NCBI GenBank assembly: GCA_050329975.1
Contig: JBHJOG010000289.1
Span: 1 to 55,895 of the forward strand
Direction: 5' to 3'
From: Alphaproteobacteria bacterium
GTDB taxonomy: Bacteria > Pseudomonadota > Alphaproteobacteria > CALKHQ01
DNA length: 55,895 bases
Shown one piece after another: positions 50,651 through 55,895 of this stretch. A program made the position numbers and the translations under genes. Below the pieces are notes generated by a model. That model saw nothing but the letters and a program-made list of their open reading frames with translations, did not search any database and was not told the origin of the DNA. Position 1 is the stretch's first letter. The number at the start of each line of letters is the position of its first letter.

Positions 50651-51937
50651 ATGACCAAGACCAGCCTCAGCCGGCGCCGCTTCATCCAGTCCACGGCCGC
50701 CGCGACCGGCGGGGCGGCGCTCGCGGCGCAGCTGCCGCGGCCGGCGCGCGCGCAGAACGGGGTCGTGCGGATCGGCTATGTCAGCCCGCAGACCGGGCCG
50801 CTCGCCCCGTTCGGCGAGGCCGACAGCTTCGTCCTCGGACAGATGCGTGCCCTGTTCGCCGACGGGCTCGAGATCGGCGACGCGACCTATGCGGTCGAGA
50901 TCATCGACAAGGACAGCCAGTCCAACCCGAACCGTGCAGCCGAGGTCGCCGCCGAGTTGATCCTCGACGACGAGGTCGACCTGATGCTGGTCGCCTCCAC
51001 CCCGGAGACTACCAACCCGGTGTCGGACCAGTGCGAGATCAACGGGGTGCCGTGCATCTCGTCTGTGGCGCCCTGGCAGCCGTGGTTCTTCACCCGCGGC
51101 GGCAACCCCGAAGTGCCGTTCCAGTACACCTACCATTTCTTCTGGGGGCTGGAGGATGTGATCGCCGTCTTCACTAGCATGTGGAACCAGGTGGAGACCA
51201 ACAAACAGGTCGGCGGGCTGTTCCCCAACGACGGCGACGGCAACGCCTGGGGCGACCCGCAGGTCGGCTTCCCGCCGGCGCTGACCGCGCAGGGCTACAC
51301 GTTGACGGACCCGGGCCGATACCAGAACCTGACCGACGACTTCAGCGCCTACATCTCTGCGTTCAAGGACGCCCAGTGCGAAGTCATCACCGGAGTGATG
51401 ATCCCGCCCGACTTCACCACCTTCTGGACCCAGGCCAAGCAGCAGGGCTTCACGCCGAAGGTGGCGTCGGTGGGCAAGGCGATTCTGTTCCCGGTGGCGG
51501 TGGAGGCGCTGGGCGACCAGGGCCACAACCTGTCGTCGGAGGTGTGGTGGACGCCGAACCATCCCTTCACCTCGTCGCTGACCGGCCAGAGCGCGCTGGA
51601 ACTCGCCACCGCCTTCGAGGAGGAAACCGGCAAGCAGTGGACCCAGCCGATCGGCTTCGTCCATGCCCTGTTCGAGGTGGCGGTCGCCGCGCTGAAGGCA
51701 GCCGGCGGCCCGGGGGATTCCGACGCGCTGGTCGCGGCGATCGCCGGTCTGCGGGGAGACACCATCGTCGGCATGCTGGACTGGACCGCCGGCCCGGTGC
51801 CGAACGTCGCCAAGACCCCGCTGGTCGGCGGCCAATGGCGCCTCGGCGACGGGAAATATCCCTACGACATCGTCATCACCGCCAACGAATCCGCGCCGGA
51901 AATCCCGCTGGGCGGGGAGATGGAGGCGATCGCCTGA
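50651..51937 (+). CDS. ABC transporter substrate-binding protein (branched-chain amino acid type), Tat signal
   Basis: SRRRFIQ; IGYVSPQTGPLA, KDSQSNPNRA, PWQPWFF. Confidence 0.92.
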   Translation: MTKTSLSRRRFIQSTAAATGGAALAAQLPRPARAQNGVVRIGYVSPQTGPLAPFGEADSFVLGQMRALFADGLEIGDATYAVEIIDKDSQSNPNRAAEVAAELILDDEVDLMLVASTPETTNPVSDQCEINGVPCISSVAPWQPWFFTRGGNPEVPFQYTYHFFWGLEDVIAVFTSMWNQVETNKQVGGLFPNDGDGNAWGDPQVGFPPALTAQGYTLTDPGRYQNLTDDFSAYISAFKDAQCEVITGVMIPPDFTTFWTQAKQQGFTPKVASVGKAILFPVAVEALGDQGHNLSSEVWWTPNHPFTSSLTGQSALELATAFEEETGKQWTQPIGFVHALFEVAVAALKAAGGPGDSDALVAAIAGLRGDTIVGMLDWTAGPVPNVAKTPLVGGQWRLGDGKYPYDIVITANESAPEIPLGGEMEAIA

Positions 51938-51965
51938 TCGTGAAGAAGCCCGTCCCCTCTGGACC

Positions 51966-52046
51966 CGTCATGGCCGGGCTCGTCCCGGCCATCTCTCGCC
52001 GTTGCGCGCGCGGAGGGAGATGCCCGGGACAGGCCCGGGCATGACG
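51966..52046. repeat. REP-like palindromic element, copy 2
   Basis: CGTCATGGCCGGGCTCGTCCCGGCCATCTC…GAGATGCCCGGGACAGGCCCGGGCATGACG, downstream of the binding-protein gene. Confidence 0.88.
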
Positions 52047-52072
52047 GTCTCTTGTGGGGCCGTGGGCCTGTC

Positions 52073-52792
52073 GTGCTGATCCGCCTCGAGGGCGTGACCA
52101 AGCGGTTCGGCGCGCTCACCGTCGCCGACGGGCTCGACATCGGGCTTGCGGAGGGGGAGGCGCTGGGCGTGCTCGGGCCGAACGGGGCGGGCAAGTCGAC
52201 GATGTTCAACCTGATCACCGGCGGGCTTCGGCCCGATTCCGGCCGGATCTGGTTCGACGGCCGCGATATCACCGGGCTGTCGCCGCACCGGCGCTGCCGG
52301 ATGGGGATCGGGCGCAGCTATCAAATCCCGCATCCCTTCGCCAAAATGACGGTGTTCGAGAACCTGCTGGTCGCCGCCGCCTTCGGCACCGGCGAGCCGG
52401 AGCGCGCGCTGCACGGCCACTGCGGATCGGTGCTGGAGCGGACGGGCCTGCTTGCCAAGGCCAACCTGCCGGCCGGGCGGCTCACCCTGCTGGAGCGCAA
52501 GCGGCTGGAACTCGCGCGCGCGCTCGCGACCCGTCCGCGGGCGCTGCTGCTCGACGAGATCGCCGGCGGGCTGACCGAGGCCGAATGCCACGAGCTGGTC
52601 GTCACCATCGCCGCCATCCGCGGGGAGGGCGTCTCGATCATCTGGATCGAGCACGTGGTGCATGCCCTGCTGTCGGTGGTCGACAGGCTGGTGGTCATCA
52701 ACTTCGGCCAGTTGCTCGCGGAGGGCGCGCCGAAGCAGGTGATGGCCGACCCGAAGGTGCGCGAGGTCTACATGGGCATCTCGGCCGAATGA
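52073..52792 (+). CDS. ABC ATP-binding protein (LivG-like)
   Basis: GPNGAGKST, LLLDE, WIEH; start approximate. Confidence 0.92.
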   Translation: MLIRLEGVTKRFGALTVADGLDIGLAEGEALGVLGPNGAGKSTMFNLITGGLRPDSGRIWFDGRDITGLSPHRRCRMGIGRSYQIPHPFAKMTVFENLLVAAAFGTGEPERALHGHCGSVLERTGLLAKANLPAGRLTLLERKRLELARALATRPRALLLDEIAGGLTEAECHELVVTIAAIRGEGVSIIWIEHVVHALLSVVDRLVVINFGQLLAEGAPKQVMADPKVREVYMGISAE

Positions 52793-53493
52793 GCGGCCCC
52801 CTGCTGGAGACCCGGGCGCTGACCGCCGGCTACGGCGATTTCCAGGCGCTGTTCGGCATCGACCTGGAGGTCGGCGACGGCGAGACGGTGGCGGTGATCG
52901 GCGCCAACGGCGCCGGGAAATCGACCTTTCTGAAGGCGGTCACCGGGCAGCTTGCCGCCGCGCCGGAGGCGGTTCGGTTCGCCGAGGCGGCGATCGGGGG
53001 CGAGGCGCCGCACCGCATCGTCCGCCGCGGCATCGCCCTGGTCCCGGAGGGCCGCCAGCTGTTCCCGTCGCTGTCGGTGGAGGAGAACCTGCTGATGGGC
53101 GCCTGCGTCGGGCGAACGGGGCCGTGGACGCTGCAGACGGTCTACGGCCTGTTCCCGGTGCTGCGCGAGCGCCGCGCCAGCCCCGGCACCGCGCTCTCCG
53201 GCGGCCAGCAGCAGATGGTGGCGATCGGGCGCGCGCTGATGGCCAACCCGCGGCTGCTGCTCTGCGACGAGATCAGCCTCGGGCTCGCCCCGATCGTGAT
53301 CCGCGACATCTACGCTGCCCTGCCAGCGGTCAGGGCCGGCGGCACCGCCGTACTGGTGGTCGAGCAGGACATCCAGCAGGCGATGGCGGTCGCCGACCGG
53401 GTCTACTGCTTCCAGGAGGGCCGGATCTCGCTCACCGGCCGCCCGGCGGATCTCACCCTCGACCGCATCACCCAGGCCTATTTCGGGATGTGA
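52789..53493 (+). CDS. ABC ATP-binding protein (LivF-like)
   Basis: GANGAGKST, LSGGQQQM, CDEISLGLAP. Confidence 0.93.
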   Translation: MSGPLLETRALTAGYGDFQALFGIDLEVGDGETVAVIGANGAGKSTFLKAVTGQLAAAPEAVRFAEAAIGGEAPHRIVRRGIALVPEGRQLFPSLSVEENLLMGACVGRTGPWTLQTVYGLFPVLRERRASPGTALSGGQQQMVAIGRALMANPRLLLCDEISLGLAPIVIRDIYAALPAVRAGGTAVLVVEQDIQQAMAVADRVYCFQEGRISLTGRPADLTLDRITQAYFGM

Positions 53494-53496
53494 CGG

Positions 53497-54366
53497 ATGG
53501 AGTGGGTCAACGCCATCGTCCAGGGAGTGCTGCTCGGCGGGCTGTTCGCGCTGTTCGCCACCGGCCTGTCGCTGATCTTCGGGGTGATGCGACTGGTCAA
53601 CCTGGCGCATGGCGACCTGATCATCCTCGCCGCCTTCCTCGGCCTGGCGGTGGTCGAGGGGATGGGGCTGCATCCGCTGGTTTCGCTCGCGGTGGTGGTG
53701 CCGGCGATGGCTTTGCTCGGCTACCTGCTGCAACGCGGGCTGCTGAACTTCACGCTGGGCAGCGGCGACATCCTGCCGCCGCTGCTGGTCACCTTCGGGC
53801 TGTCGATCGTGATCCAGAACGGGCTGCTGCAGGTGTTCTCCGCCGACACCCGCAAGCTGCAGGTGGGGGCGCTCGGGACCGACAGCGTGGCGATCGGCGG
53901 CGGCCTGTCGGTCGGCTGGTTCCCGCTGATGGTGCTGGGCGTGGCGGTGGCGGTGATCGGCGGGTTGCAGCTGTTCTTCTATCGCACCCGGATGGGACGC
54001 ATCTTCCGCGCTACCTCGGACAATCCGGCGGTGGTCCGCCTGATGGGGATCGACCATCGGCATGTCTTCGCGCTGGCGATGGCCCTGGCGCTGGCCGTCT
54101 GCGCCATCGCCGGCATCCTGATGGCGATCCGCACCAACTTCACCCCGACCATCGGACCGGCGCGCCTGCTGTTCGCCTTCGAGGCGGTGATCATCGGCGG
54201 GCTGGGCAGCCTGTGGGGGACGCTCGTCGGCGGCATCATCCTCGGCGTCGCCCAGGCGATCGGCGCCCAGATCCACCCGGGCGCCCAGATTCTCGCCGGC
54301 CATCTCGCCTTCCTCGCCGTCCTGGTGGTCCGGCCGCAGGGCCTGTTCCCGCGGACCCGTGACTGA
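53497..54366 (+). CDS. ABC permease (LivH-like)
   Basis: GLSLIFGVMRLVNLAHG, IIGGLGSLWG. Confidence 0.93.
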   Translation: MEWVNAIVQGVLLGGLFALFATGLSLIFGVMRLVNLAHGDLIILAAFLGLAVVEGMGLHPLVSLAVVVPAMALLGYLLQRGLLNFTLGSGDILPPLLVTFGLSIVIQNGLLQVFSADTRKLQVGALGTDSVAIGGGLSVGWFPLMVLGVAVAVIGGLQLFFYRTRMGRIFRATSDNPAVVRLMGIDHRHVFALAMALALAVCAIAGILMAIRTNFTPTIGPARLLFAFEAVIIGGLGSLWGTLVGGIILGVAQAIGAQIHPGAQILAGHLAFLAVLVVRPQGLFPRTRD

Positions 54367-54367
54367 G

Positions 54368-55398
54368 ATGAGCGAGCGCTTCACCGTCGCCACCTCGACC
54401 CGGACCAGCCGGGCGGCCCTTGTCGGCATGCTGCTGCTGCTGGCCGGGCTGATTGCCGGGCCTTGGTGGCTCGGGCGAGGCGACTTGCGGCTGGCGGTGG
54501 AGATCGGCACGCTGCTGGCGCTGGCGCAGATGTGGAACCTGCTCGCCGGCTATGCCGGGCTGGTCTCGGTCGGCCAGCAGGCCTTTGTCGGCCTCGGCGG
54601 TTACGCGCTGTTCGTCGGCGGGGTTTTCCTGGGGCTGAACCCGTTGCTGTGCATCCCGCTCGCCGGGCTGGCGGCGGCGCTGTTCGCGATCCCGACGGCG
54701 GCAGTCGTGTTCCGCCTGCGCGCCGCCTATTTCGCCATCGGCACCTGGGTGGTGGCGGAGGTGTACATGCTCGGCTTCGCCCAGGTGTCGGCGCTGGGCG
54801 GCGGCTCGGGCATGAGCCTGCCGACCGACGTGGTCCGGCGGGTGGCGGAGGACGCGGGCGGCCGCGACGCCCTGATCTACTGGAGCGCACTGGCGCTGGC
54901 GGTCGGCGCCACCGGCATGGTCTACGGTCTGCTGCGCTCGCGCCACGGGCTCGCGCTGACCGCGATCCGCGACTCCGAGCCGGCGGCCGAAAGCGTCGGC
55001 GTCGACAACGCGCGCACGCGCTGGCTGGTCTACATCGCGGCTGCCTTCGTCACCGGCATGGCCGGGGCGCTGATCTTCCTCTCCAAGCTGCGGATTTCGC
55101 CGGAGGCCGCGTTCAACGTGGTCGACTGGACCGCCTATGTGATCTTCATCGTCGTCATCGGCGGGGTCGGCCGCATCGAGGGGCCGATCGTCGGAACGAT
55201 CGTCTTCTTCGTGCTGCGCGCCTTCCTCGCCGATCTGGGCGCGATCTACCTGATCGTGCTGGGCTTGCTGGCGGTGGCGGTGATGCTGGTCGCGCCCCAG
55301 GGCCTGTGGGGCCTGCTGGCCGAGCGCGCCGGCATCGAGCTGTTCCCGGTCAGGCGCCGCCTGATCGTGCACGCCAATGGCCAGAGGGAGCGACAGGC

Positions 55399-55402
<4 letters not shown>
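54368..55402 (+). CDS. ABC permease (LivM-like)
   Basis: WNLLAGYAGLVSVGQ, AIRDSEPAAESVGV, IGGVGRIEGP. Confidence 0.93.

Positions 55403-55895
<493 letters not shown>

Overview
High-GC alphaproteobacterial (Rhodospirillales-like gene order) chromosomal segment with about 55 genes. I saw no rRNA, tRNA, CRISPR array, transposase or integrase. Left to right: (i) a tandem array of three paralogous unknown exported proteins, the third decayed and fused to a broken PhyH-like gene start; (ii) Gfo/Idh/MocA-OsmC-SLC13 genes and a PAS protein; (iii) a glutathione-dependent formaldehyde-oxidation pair (frmA, fghA) with a full TRAP transporter between the two enzymes; (iv) apbC/CAP, hflK-hflC-degP, a protein with a CheZ-like tail, a GcvA-type LysR divergent from a DUF1127 gene, GST, DMT, TerB-like, GFA and a Gly-rich exported protein; (v) housekeeping serB/miaA/ilvIHC and mreBCD-mrdA-rodA; (vi) a membrane PAS-DEDDh exonuclease coupled to a CBS-DUF294 nucleotidyltransferase, two phosphoesterases, an unannotated 36-aa membrane peptide and a Rid protein; (vii) a hydroquinone catabolic operon (dioxygenase subunits, semialdehyde dehydrogenase, CoA-transferase, maleylacetate reductase, ABC importer, pcaF) divergent from IclR-folB-GMC oxidoreductase-intradiol dioxygenase-like genes, with PcaR-type boxes and REP-like palindromes. 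All product calls come from motif recognition by eye; no database searches were run.
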